Shown here: one piece after another, positions 37,068 to 49,200 of the stretch
How positions within the stretch are numbered: position 1 is the first letter of the stretch
Layout of the letters: every line of letters starts with the position of its first letter
Source: Tubulanus polymorphus
Taxonomy: Eukaryota > Animalia > Nemertea
Length of the DNA: 64,000 nt
NCBI RefSeq assembly: GCF_964204645.1
Contig: NC_134028.1
Coordinates: 8,246,001-8,310,000 of the forward strand
Reading direction: 5' to 3'
Notes under the pieces: model-generated
Database searches by the model: none
What the model was told of the DNA's origin: nothing
What the model saw: the letters and a program-made list of their open reading frames with translations, nothing else
Made by a program: the position numbers and the translations under genes

Positions 37068-40000
37068 ATGGGTCGAAAGAAGAAGAAGCAAGCGAAACCA
37101 TGGTGCTGGTATCCTTTTAACAATTTAGTCAAGTAGGGGTTATAGCCTAGCCCTTGGGTCGACGACGAAGTGAATTCAGCGTGCTGTCCGGTCCGGAGAC
37201 GACTCGGCTCGCTCTGCGGGCTGGGTCATCCTCTTTTTCTTTTTTATCGAGCGAGATCGGGTGATGACAATAAAATATTCCACTTTTTGTTTTGACGCTA
37301 TAGCTGCGATCACACGAGCATTTTTGTCCGGCCAAATTTGGCCCAAAACAACTGTTCACACGAGTGTTAACAATAACAAATTGAATGGGCCCGAGCCTGT
37401 TTGGCCCGACCAAATACGTTGGACCAGGCCCGAGCCAAATTTTAGCACCAGACAAATGGTCGCATTTGAATTGCATCCACTTCGTCTTGTTTGAGCATTG
37501 TTTAGTATCGAGTGAATGGTTTGCAAAATTTGGCCCAGGCCAAATTGTGTCCGTGTGATCGCGGCTTATAAATCCTATTATGTCAGTAATTAGATACCTC
37601 CTGTAAGGCATCAAATCGTTTTTTAGCACAAGACTCATAAGTCCCTGGTTGGTGACAATATTGTGCACCATTTCAGCCTGTTTCAAGTAATCTGGATGCT
37701 TCAAGGTATATTAACTAATAATTGAGTCAATAACTCTTAATGGTAAGAGTTAAATATCATATTTAATTAGTAGTTCTCTACAGTTTGCAAAACATACTAC
37801 TATGTTGGAAGAGAATTTCTCAGATTTTTGGTATTGTTAACGACAGCATATTAAGACAGTCTTGAAATGTAATGGCGGCATTGATTTCTCCTTAACACGG
37901 CTGACAATCAGGTACTGCAATCGCGAATTCGACGATGAGAAAATTTTAATACAACATCAAAAAGCGAAGCATTTTAAGTGTCATATCTGCCACAAAAAGT
38001 TATACACGGGTCCGGGTTTATCGATTCATTGTATGCAGGTTAGTGTTACCCGGTAGGCACCGGTCGAATTTCCCGTCACTTCTTGATCACCAGTCGACTG
38101 ACTGATTGACTTTCATCGAAACAAATACCATTTTGATTAATTACGCCCCGCTGGAACAGTGGTGAGTGGCGGATCCAGGGCAGTGTCCTCGAAAATGTTG
38201 AGGTCCCTTGAAATTTCCATCTTCAAATTTACGGCACTGAACATTTTCTGAAGAAAGATCAAAAATTTAATTATGATTGATTGAACAACTGGAGAAATAC
38301 CAAAATTTTGTTGGTAGCAATGAACTGTTTTACCAATTCTAGAAGATCTTGAACATCATTGTGAATGTGCACAACGAAATTGCGATGAAGCTTGCTTAGA
38401 AACTTATTGCATAAATTGTAACTGGTTAAGTTTTTAAGTATATCTCATGTTGCAAATTTTCGACGTTTAAAAAGATTTTTTTCTTTTTCTACTTCAGGTT
38501 CATAAAGAAAAAGTGGATAAAGTCCCGAATGCCGTTCCGGGGCGAAACAATATCGAAATCGAAATCTACGGAATGGAGGGCATTCCCGAAGAGGACGTAC
38601 GCAATCATGAAAGACAAAAGCAGGGAAAAGGTAAAATGGGCCCCGAGTAGATATATGAGAAAATTTGAAAAACCTGCTGATGTTTTTTAAAAAACAGCCA
38701 ATGTACAATTAAACTAGTGCTCAAAACCATTGTGTGGTATCGTGTCTTAAAATTGGTAAAATACAAAATGAAAATTTGTCAAAACATGATATGATGCCTA
38801 TAATCCAGTGTAATGAATAACGGGCATGACGCTTTAGTATGTATGCATCATGGTATGGTTTATTGTTAGTAACTAATATTTCACTACGTTCGATAGGTGT
38901 TACCATCTTTCAACAGAAGACTAGATACCGATAACATCGATACACTGCAATGCGGTGTACTTACTAGCAAAGTCAGTTGAATTATACACCACACTGTGGT
39001 GTAAAGTGTTAAACAGACCCCCATACCATTCGACCTTAATATCTCGCAAGGTTTTGATCTTGAAGTAAGGATCGTCTCAAGAGACATTTTGGAGCTAGCT
39101 TTTTCATCGACGGTTATTTTTTGTTTTCAGGTGACGACGACGACGGGGAATCGCAGGCGAAGAAGCCTCGCAACGACGACAATTCGATGAACATGGGTAA
39201 TCAACATCACATGATGAACGGCATGCCCGGTATGCCCCCTATGGGTGGCCATATGATGCCGCCTCATATGCCTCCCGGAATGCCTCCGATGGGCGGACCC
39301 ATGATGCCTATGGGTCATATGATGGGTAAGTTCTATTCGGTTAATTCGGCCAGAAAATCGAGGTCAATTCAATGTTATCCTCATTAAGTTTATGAAAACG
39401 GGACCTTGAGAGAGCACAGGTCATGACCTTTGGTGCTCTTCTAGTTATATTTGCTGGAACAAGTGGTGACTCATTCAGTGGTGACAAATCAGTCATTTGT
39501 GACAAGAAACCAACCGTATTTTCTGGTTCATTTGTCTTCAAAATGATAGCTTGGTGCCTTTGAATGTGTTTTCGTGGCTGTTTCCAATTAGTAGGCTATG
39601 GGAATATCTCAATCTTGACATTTGCAGAGACTTAGAAGGTTTGGCTGTTGGTGTACTTGGTCAGATAGTTAAAAATTTTCGCAATGGAAAAATAGCTTTT
39701 CTGAAAACAGTACTTTGTCATAAAACAGATTTTGTTATTTTGCAGGACCGATGGGGCCAATGGGACCTATGGGGTAAGTTAAGTGAACTTTTTTGACAAC
39801 GATTTTTGCGTGCAAATTTCGCTGAATTGTGAATTATCTTGCACAGACGTTATTTCTGTACTCTGAAATCTTACATTAGACGCATCACCATTCGTCCAAT
39901 TTTTTGATCATCCAGGATTCAATCACAGGCGGTCAGGACTGGATATTGTTTTCGATCAAATATCTTGACCGTAGCTAAGATATTTTTTTTACTAAAGATA

Positions 40001-42558
40001 AACTACAAAATCGCTCACAATTCTAATACAATAACGTCAGAAAGTGGAGTTCCCTTTTTTTTCTTTTTTTTTACTCGCAGATTTGATATCTGCATTAATC
40101 ATTGTTGAGCGATTAAGAAGAATCTTCATTGTATAAATTAATTATATTGTCTTCGATATTAATTATATTTGATCGTTTCACGCAGACCGATGCCGCCACA
40201 TATGATGGGACCTCCTCCGCACATGATGAGACCGCCGATGATGCCGCCTCGACCTCCCGCGCCTCCGCCGGCGTCTACGGCTACCATCACGACGTCTACT
40301 GCTGCAAATTCGATTAAACCATTATTCCCGGCAGCTGCCACTGCTCCCACAACTGTGAGTAGTCTATTTTAACTTTGCTTGAGAGTGGCCTGGCTCAGTC
40401 GGTTTTGGTAGTACGTATCTGGTATAGCTCTAAGTAGGGCCATCACAGATGGGCAACTGAACTAAATCATCGGTTTTTAATCCATTTAAGACTATTTTGA
40501 GGGATTACCAGTCAAATAAGTCTCTTTGGCTGGGGTTGAATAGAGTCAAGTGTTGAATAGAGTCAAGTAACTCCATAGTTTGATTGCGTTGATATGATTC
40601 CTATGTTTCCATTGCCTACTCATTATTAATGATTGGTTAGTATCCATCTGGTTAGTATTAATGGAAAAGAATCTGGTTAGTATTAATGGAAACATATTGT
40701 AAAAACTTGGTTTATTTAAGAAAATGGTGTCTTCTCTCTTGAGACAACTCCAAAAATGGAGAATTTTTGGTAATCCTTCAATACAGCGTAAAATGGATAA
40801 AAAAGATGGTTTAGTTCAATGACCCATCTTTGCAGGTCCCATTAAGACCTTTGATAGGAATGACTGATCCCTAGGCGCCCTCATAGCCAATAGGCTGAGA
40901 CAGGTCATTTCCAATGATTTGGAATTTTAATCGTCGATTGGCGACTTGATTGGCAACTCATATTTTATATTTTTCAGTCGGCGACCAGTTCGACGATGGT
41001 TGGACCCGATTTCAAACCGACCGGATCAGACAGTTCGCGTTCAGCGCCGCCTAAGTTGACGTTCCCGGCGTATTCGTCGGCGGGACCGAGCTCGTCGGCC
41101 GGCGCGTCGGCGGCGACGATATCCGCGGCGCCGACCGTACGCAAACCGGAAACGTCCAGTTCTGGTATGACCACTATGTTAATTCACCCCGATGAGGATA
41201 TATCGCTGGTAAGTGTTTCGAGTGTCTCGAATCGTGTCCCCGCTCGCTCGGGACGTGATGGTCGCGATGACGATCAAGGTCAGTTTTTAAAATCGTGAAT
41301 ATTCGAGTCTCTTTGTTAAATGGAATTTTTTGTTTATCGTGATCTGGATCACTTCGATCTAACGCAAATCATTAAAGCATGCAAGCATCGATCTGCGGCT
41401 GGGAAACTTCCCTCAGATATTCACCTTGCCTCGGTGATGACTTTATCAAAGTGTGTCGATTTAATGTCTCGGGGCCAGTTGCTCAAATGTTGGTTAGAGT
41501 TAACAATGGATACTTAGAAACAATTGTAAGTTGGTTGTTACTATGGTATTATCAGATCGGTTATCTTAGACCATCTTTTGAGCAACTGGCTGCTGGTGTT
41601 TGTTGTCCATTTGTTAGTTCATTTTCAATGAAGTAAGTCTGGGGTCACCGATGCACGGTCCTGAACACGCTGAAGCCAGGGACCAGTTGCTGAAAAGTTC
41701 GTTTAAGATAACCGGCGGATGAATACCATATTAACATTGAACTTTTGATAGTCACTAGGTCAACTATCCACTGGGTAACGTACTAACCCTAACCCACTTG
41801 TCAGCAACTGGCCCCTCAAAGATGAAAATTTGAAAAGCGGCAACAAAGGATAGAATTTCTGCAGCTGCTTGAGGCCAGGCTGTTTACAGATTGTTTAACT
41901 GTCATTTTATACTGACGTTATAATATGTAATATAATAAAGCTCGTGAATATTGTTCTATAAGTGAACTGAAGTTTTGAATTCCGCTGTACGCTGTTTTAC
42001 GTTTCCCGTCCCCTTTTTCATTCACAGGAGGAACGAAGAGCGAAAATGGCTCCGTATGCAAAAAATGTGCCCAAGAAAAATATCACTTCCATTCAATCGC
42101 CGGCGGCCCCACCCATGATGGGGGGGCCTATGATGAGAGGTGAGTAGGGTACAGTCATACCTGCTTAATCGAGGATTCGTATGACTTTGATCCGATCTTG
42201 TCATTTACCAATACCGATGCGTAAGTGTACGTGAAATATGACATTTGAACTGGATTTCTCGTAATCCAAATTGTGTTTGTTGGTTCCTAATGAGCGATTG
42301 ATTAGTAACCATTTCATTGTTGAAAATTTGACGCTTTACAAATCTGAAAATTCCTCGTATCCAGGAACGAATGATCTGCAGGGATCCGGGTTAGTAATCC
42401 GTCGGTGTTTGTCGATTGCATTTCTAGGTCCGATGCCGATGCCGCCGGGTATGCCACCGATGCAGGGAGGTCCGATGATGGCGCCGCCGTTCTCGATGGG
42501 CTATCAAGGCGGTCCGATGATGCGGCCGCCGATGACGCAGGGCGGAGGCCGATTCTGA
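37068..42558 (+). CDS. ZNF207: BUB3-interacting GLEBS-motif zinc-finger protein ZNF207/BuGZ
   Basis: Exons 37068-37108, 37912-38038, 38498-38630, 39131-39325, 39746-39773, 40186-40354, 40978-41208, 42028-42139 and 42428-42558. They splice in frame to [44 protein letters not shown]...[10 protein letters not shown]..., a P/M/G-rich region, and [13 protein letters not shown]|EERRA. Confidence 0.95.
37109..37911 (+). other. U12-type (minor spliceosome) GT-AG intron, ZNF207 intron 1
   Basis: 5' splice site GTATCCTTTT. Branch TTCTCCTTAAC at 37886-37896, about 15 nt from the CAG, with no polypyrimidine tract. Confidence 0.92.
37302..37566. mobile_element. PIF/Harbinger-like MITE inside the ZNF207 U12 intron
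   Basis: TIR AGCTGCGATCACACG / CGTGTGATCGCGGCT, flanked by a 3-bp TAT duplication. Internal TTGGCCC subrepeats. Confidence 0.75.
41471..41815. mobile_element. Two oppositely oriented ~125-bp MITEs (41471-41592 and 41688-41815) in ZNF207 intron 7
   Basis: Ends GGGGCCAGTTGCT...AGCAACTGGCCCC. The internal sequences are approximate reverse complements of each other. Confidence 0.7.
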
Positions 42559-43386
42559 GTTAAGTGAACGTTCCATTTGTGTGTTCGATATATAGGAGAC
42601 TATGATATTACGTCATGAGCGCGTTACCCGAACTGGCCGGTAGGTTACACGTCGGGCGGGGGGAACGGTCGGTGTTACGGAGTCGGTGCCAGGGATACCA
42701 AAATGCTGCTCTATCATCCTCAAGGAAAGTGAAAAACATATTCCTTTTCAGGTCCGGCCGAAGGTTGTTGTTATCAGCCTCTATCTTTATACTTTCATGC
42801 TGTGCCCGTTTATGTTCTATCATTCCAAACCTAAGCGTGCTCCAAGCCATAACTCGGGCTCGGTTGTGACTTTGGTTTTGTGCGGGTGTTCTGTATGCGA
42901 CTGTAGCCTCCACAGACAGTGATAGTCGAATTATATGGGATGCTAAGATTAAGATATCCCGGTGGGGAAAGTTATTTGAAGAAAAAAGTTCTGAGGCCTT
43001 TTAACATCAGCTTTCGTTGAAAAAAAAAGTATCCATGTCGGTGAACAACTGCATATAAGGTATGGAAACTCGGAATTCGGTAGATCTTGTGATAAACTTA
43101 AAAAATTCTATTGTGTTTTATCTACAACGTTTTATTACGTGATTTAGTATTTTAATTGTGTCTCCATCTATAAGTATTTAAAAAAACAACTGTTAAACAC
43201 TACTTCACGATAGTGCTGCCACCTGGTGTCTTTCGCACAAGGTAAGCAGTAGTACTGTACGAGATGCATGATAAACTCTATGTAACTCTGTTGGCATTAA
43301 TTGGCCTTGAATTCACCGCTGCATTTCTTCTCTATCTGATCGTTGAAAGTTTTCTTATAACCTGAATTCGAGATAATACTTACGAA

Positions 43387-43522
43387 TACGGTAAAACTTG
43401 CGTAATTCGGATCTCTGGTAGATGTCAAATCGAACTACAATGTTGTTGTAAGGAATTTCTACTCTGTAGTCTGACGCACTTTGTCGGTCCCATCTTTTCC
43501 GACTTAGGCAAGTTTTACCGTA
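43387..43522. mobile_element. TA-flanked MITE
   Basis: TACGGTAAAACTTGCGTAATTCGGA ... TCCGACTTAGGCAAGTTTTACCGTA. Confidence 0.75.
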
Positions 43523-44054
43523 CTATCTTGGATGGAAAAATCGTTTTACCTCGAATTGCCTAGATGTTCTACGTGGAGGAAGTTTTTTAAGCAATTTGGG
43601 CTCTGGATTAATGATTAAACATTCGAAATGCTTATTTCAACTGAATTCTCATTATCAATCACGCATGAAATCCATGCTTCGTGTACCCAGCCATTTGATA
43701 ACATAAATATATATATACATACATACCCCTGTCTCTCGGCAGATCATAACTAGTAGAACCTCTTTCATTGTCGGGATTGGGTTGTAGGTTTTTTACTATC
43801 AAGCACTAGCTGGCGATGTAGCCTCGAACGCAGATGATGAAAGCGATGATTTTTCTGCGGTTGAAATAATGAATACCAGTATTGAAAATCCTACCTTTCG
43901 TTATCACGAATTGAGGTTATATCGCATGGCAGTAGACTTTGCCTTACTCTAGATACTGTCTGAATAGCGGTTTACATTTGGAGGACCATCTGGTTTTAAA
44001 ATGCAGGTGTCAATCTGCTGGGGCGACCCCTCTCCTCGGGCGATCGACACACCT

Positions 44055-44185
44055 GGGCCCAGTTTCACGGTCCAAGCATAAGCTAAAAACGGTCAAGTTT
44101 GAATTGTTGTCCTCGTTGAAAACATGAAATAACCAATAGCAATTACACCAAAAATTTTAGTAAATTTGTTCGTGAAACTGGGCCC
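44055..44185. mobile_element. MITE (second, inverted copy at ~48668-48794)
   Basis: TIR GGGCCCAGTTTCACG / CGTGAAACTGGGCCC. Internal AATTGTTGTCCTCGTTGAAAACATGAA is shared in reverse at ~48721-48747. Confidence 0.8.
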
Positions 44186-46113
44186 CGATCACTATTCTTC
44201 TGCTTTTGATTGTCAGGCTTGACACTTGTTCAGAGCCTTGTGCTTCTATCTTCAATTGGATAGGAATTAACAAATGGACTATAAAGCCCAACGCACACGA
44301 TGCAGGGAAACATTTTTCCAAGCATTTCTCTATTTTGTGTAGAATTACAAACAATTAACTTTGTTTTGGGAAACACCGTCTCCGAGATGAGACAAGTTTT
44401 TGTTTTTGTGTTTCACTGTATCACATTCGATCGCAATACTTCGATACCTGCGTAAGCGCACCGTTGTGAGTAAGGCGGAGTCTACACTTTATCTGAAATT
44501 GATTTTAACACACGCGAACTGTATTTTACGTATGAACGACTAATTAAGTATCCGTCATGTGCTCGTTTAACAAGGTTTGTCATTATACATTAACATGATT
44601 CATCTCTCCCTTTCTCTCGAAACAAACTAGTAATCGATATGAATGTATTTTATCGGGGAAAAAACAATTGATATTTTGTACATTACTTACTTCTTGTGAA
44701 AATATATGTGAAATTGAAAACATTCAGTAATTGGTTTTAATGCGTCTTACGTGCATGTGTTGTAAGGTGAGTTCGTTAGCGTTGTAGTGGAAGTGACTTG
44801 GCTTTCAAGGTAGGCGACATACTGGTATATTCTTGCGAAATACACACCTTTTTATAAATGATGTTTTTCTTCTATTTTCACCGAATGATGACAAAGTCAA
44901 CTATTTAAGCATAGGAGATTAGACTAAAGAACTGGCACTCTTGTCTTCATTAGTAAGCTTGATGATTAGGTTTGAATTCATAAAATTATTTAGATTCATC
45001 AGCTAATTACTAGAATAGTCTTCATTATATATTTATTGGAAAGCTTGAAGATTGAAATCTATTTCAAAGTGTTATTAGATTCAGTCGAAAAACAAATAGT
45101 ACTTTTTCAGCGAGTTCAAAGCCCGCGAGGCGAAATATCTATTATCGAGCTATCTATAAAAACGTAGATTTTTTTGTGGAAGATTTATCGAGTTGTTTCT
45201 TTGGCGAGAGCTTCTTGTGTTTTACAGCACCGACCGGAGTCAACAAGCAAGTTCACCAGAGCTGTCAGTTCTATCCATATTAAGCAGACGCCTTTTTTAT
45301 CAGGCAAGTGTCCATTGATCATTGATCTTCTAATACCCAAAATACAGCAGATTAAGTGGCGCACAAGTTTTTGATCAGATCATGAAGCCAAACTCGCTTA
45401 AAACGAGCCTCACGTTGACAACTTATCCAAATTAAGACCTACATTTACTAAATCAAATTGATATGAATCGGGGCTCAAAAGTGCCATCCTCCCCCGGGAG
45501 GTATTCAAACCTGTTGGCATTGCTAGACTCAGCCATGGCACAAAACCCTGACACACTATACCGGGTAGGTTATTGCTGAGGCAAATTTCATGGATAAACT
45601 ATAACTGCAAAAACCCGGACTAAGATAAAATTGGATTTCTGATTGGCTAATTATGACATTGACCCACAAGTTAACTACTGTAAACTTGTGGTTTAAAGTT
45701 AAAACTTCTTTATAAATCTTGCCCCCAAAGTTTGTTTTAGTGAGGTTGCACTGTAGATATTTTAATTAGCATTTTTCTATCGGGTGTTTGGCATATTTTT
45801 ATCAAAAATGAAGGTTAAAAAAGTACTGCTGCTATTTTGGGTTTTTAGAGGATTAAACGTGATTATTTCACAGTAGTTCTCATGTCTGCTGTTGGACCTT
45901 GCTGTCCCCAACTCCTGAATTGGGAGTTTGGCGAAATGCATTTATTCATCTGCTGCATATGTACCCTTAATGCTTCGGATCAGAACATGTTGTTAACTCC
46001 TCAGATGAAGAAAAGAGTTAATATAGACTAGTATTTTGACAAAAAGTTGATCAAAAAAGAGGCCGCTGGATCATCATTATTTGTGTAATCGATACATAAC
46101 AGACACCTTGAAA

Positions 46114-46293
46114 CAGAGCTGCCATCTGTTTCAGTATTTGTCGCTATTTTATGAAAAAAACTACCGTACTTATACGATTTGTTTGATGCATAGAGAAATA
46201 TGTTGATAACTGATTAATTTGACTTATTTCTTTCATATTTCAATGAAATGTTACTGAAAAAATTCAATTTGTTACTGAAGTTGGCAGCCCTGC
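46114..46293. mobile_element. hAT-like MITE (second copy at ~59026-59240)
   Basis: Ends CAGAGCTGCCA...TTGGCAGCCCTG. Both copies share TTTCAGTATTTGTC and TTACTGAAAAAATTCAATTTGTTACTGA. Confidence 0.7.
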
Positions 46294-49200
46294 TAGAAAT
46301 GAAATATGGTTAGACTTCCTTAATAAGGATCATCTAAATGTAGATTCTGATTTCGCTCCACCTATACACGAATTTACCGAAATCAAAAATATGCTGGATT
46401 TATTTCATCAGTCCCAAATGATCCCGATTATGAGTGGTTTAACTGTCATATACATTCTTACACAAATAGACGCAGTTAGAAAACACAAAACTTGACCCTC
46501 AAAAAAACCGTTTCTTTTTCTGTACATACAGAAAAAAACGAAAATAAATTTGCCTTTGTTTAATTTTTCTGTCGGAAGTTTTTGCGGAGAAATATTCTGA
46601 AAGATGTTTCTTATTTTCTTTATTAAACAGGTTATCTCCTTTAAGCCTGGTGTGTCAGTTAATTACTGTAAGTAGGCCTCAGTCACAGCTCTACTGATGC
46701 TGTTGGGCCTTTTTAGCCCCCAACTTCGGTTGGTGACACATTTTCTTTTCACAGTCGAGATTCTATCCAATGCTTGTCGGTACTAAACATTTAAATGTCA
46801 ATTTACAATTGAAACTTACATTTTCTGAATTTCAAATGAAAATATGCATGTCCGCCCACCCACGGAGAGCCTTTGTTGTTTTATGTGCTTTCTTAAATGA
46901 CGTCTGCAACGGAAGTTAAAAGAATGGTAGTTAGAAAAAAAGCTGATTTGTATGATTGTTAATGAAGGAGATCAAAACATGAGCTACCTACGCTTGAGCC
47001 GAGGACAGTCTGGATTACTGAATTATTGTAGACTCTGATGACTTACTTGGGAATATCCATAAAATTCCACCTATGTTAATTGTCAAATACGGCCAAACCC
47101 TGGTATAACATGGACCAATAAGTTATTTTTCATCAAGAAATTAGATTTTCTATGGGTATACAGTAGGACCCACTGGGATGCATCCAGGAATTTTGAATAG
47201 GGGTCCCGAAACATCCGAGGCCTACTTGTATACATACATTGGGTATATGACTGTGAGCGACGTAGGCGCGAAGCCTCTACCGAGGGGTAAAAGAGGCTCC
47301 CCAAGAAATTTTTTTTTAATTTATCATTTTCTGAGCGTCGAGAGTGATTTTGGAATGAAACGAACGGTAATAATTTGCCACTGTATTTTTAACTTTCTTA
47401 CGTCCTAGAATGCGAGTCAAAAAAGTCCTTGAAAGTCATTTAATGAGATTGGTTACGGACACTATGAGCCCTGGAAATCGGATTTGAACCTTGTTGTAGT
47501 CATTCTAACATAGTAATCATTCTCAAGTTTTAACTGATTTGGGCGGAGTTTACCTTTTCATGATATTTTGTCTATTGTCCTTTCAAGACAGTTTGTATAA
47601 AGCAAGTGTGAGAAAATTGATTTTTGATGAAAGCCTCTCTAGACTAGATTTTGCTAGATGGCAAAATCCTTTCATTTTTTCTTGTATGCCTGTTGTCACT
47701 TCGCATCCTAGATTACAGATTACAGCTTTGATATGCCGGTGTTGATCTGCAACCTTGGAGCCAAACCCTGAGACGTTCGACAATTTATGACCATTGTTTC
47801 AATTGTCTAAAGTTGCCACAATGGTTCTATCAAATGGACATTTTAGCTACATTAAATGCATTCACAAATGACTTCAAATGCCAGTACTGCGCTTCATCCC
47901 AGCTTTGCACATAGTAGTTGTACCAGACTACAGATGAGTTGTGAATACAGTAGAATTCAAATATTTCAATCTGGATTTTCATTTATTTCTGGTGAATATT
48001 TGGTCCATTTAACCTGGAACCATGTAAACTATTATCCATAATTCGGATTATACTTAATTCGCAGAAATCTGGGCAGTTCCCAGTCAGTTCAACTGTACAT
48101 TCATCTATTGTAATTGTAATGGATTTGAAATAAAATATTGATCTTATTCTTAAGTCTTTTACGGGTTTTTATTGATGAAGGCTAACCTGTTTCAATTTTG
48201 ATCTGGACGACCATGTTCTAGTTATAGATTTTGTTTTTATTCCTCGCATATTCGGTGTTAAAAGCGACAACACCTACTGGCAGCACGTAATGAGAGTCGG
48301 GTGTGGAAACGCTTGGGGGGGGGGAATCTCGACATCAGTTGGTATAACTATGTTGGAAATTCAAAGCAGAAAAATTTTGAGTAACCTTTGTAGTGAAACC
48401 AGGAAAGGAGAGAAGTGTGACCATTTTCTAATAATAATGCTTTCACTGGAACTTCTAGCAAATGATTGGAGGATGTAACATTTATAAAGGTCTATTGTTA
48501 GATTAGAGGGAGTCCTAAAATTTGTTAAAAGGGGAAGGTTTATAAGAATGCGTTACGTAAGTTTTAAACAGCTCCCTAGGAACGAAACCCACTGCCCGAA
48601 ACGGAATAGAGATCGCGGAATTACATGTATGTACGATTGGAGAATCCATATGCCGACGCCCTTGTCTCGGTTTCACAAAATAGTTAAACTCAAATTTTTG
48701 GTGTAATTGCCATTGGGTACTTCATGTTTTCAACGAGGACAACAATTTAAACTTGAACCGTTTCAGGCTTAAACTTTTTCGCGAAACTGGACCCTGGTAT
48801 GCGAGGATATTACACCTACTACGGCACGTGAGGATCGAATATTGTCCATAAATGAATGCCATGTAAAATTCCACGTCGATAGATGGCGGATTTGCATATA
48901 ATATTTCTATCCATGATGTAGTACACATTTATCTATGCGCCACGGTAATTTATGAGGTTTATCCAACGTTCCCGGTCGTGTCAACTGTATCGGCGGTGAT
49001 ATTCGGGCGCTCGACGACTGACCCGGGCATGCGGACCGTATATCGTGATTTTAGATTTCGGATGAAGCGAGTGATTATAGCGAGATAATCGAGCTGCGAG
49101 AGGGGTAAATATTGAGGTCACGGCGGAGAGATCTACTGTTCTACTACTACTGGCTGTTAATTTTAAGGTCACTGATAAACGAAGCGGAACTAGTCGCTGA

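Noticed and set aside
37147-37704. 185-aa minus-strand ORF
   Set aside because: Runs through a MITE inside the ZNF207 intron and has no protein-like features.
41383-41460. Cloverleaf-like fold in ZNF207 intron 7
   Set aside because: Loops are too short and there is no T-loop, D-loop or Sm-site consensus. Not supportable as a tRNA or snRNA.
41784-41795. CTAACCCTAACCC telomerase-template or telomere-like motif
   Set aside because: Only two units, inside a MITE.
46945-47040. Possible C/D box snoRNA (ATGATTG...CTGA)
   Set aside because: Imperfect C box, no terminal stem and no rRNA complement recognised.
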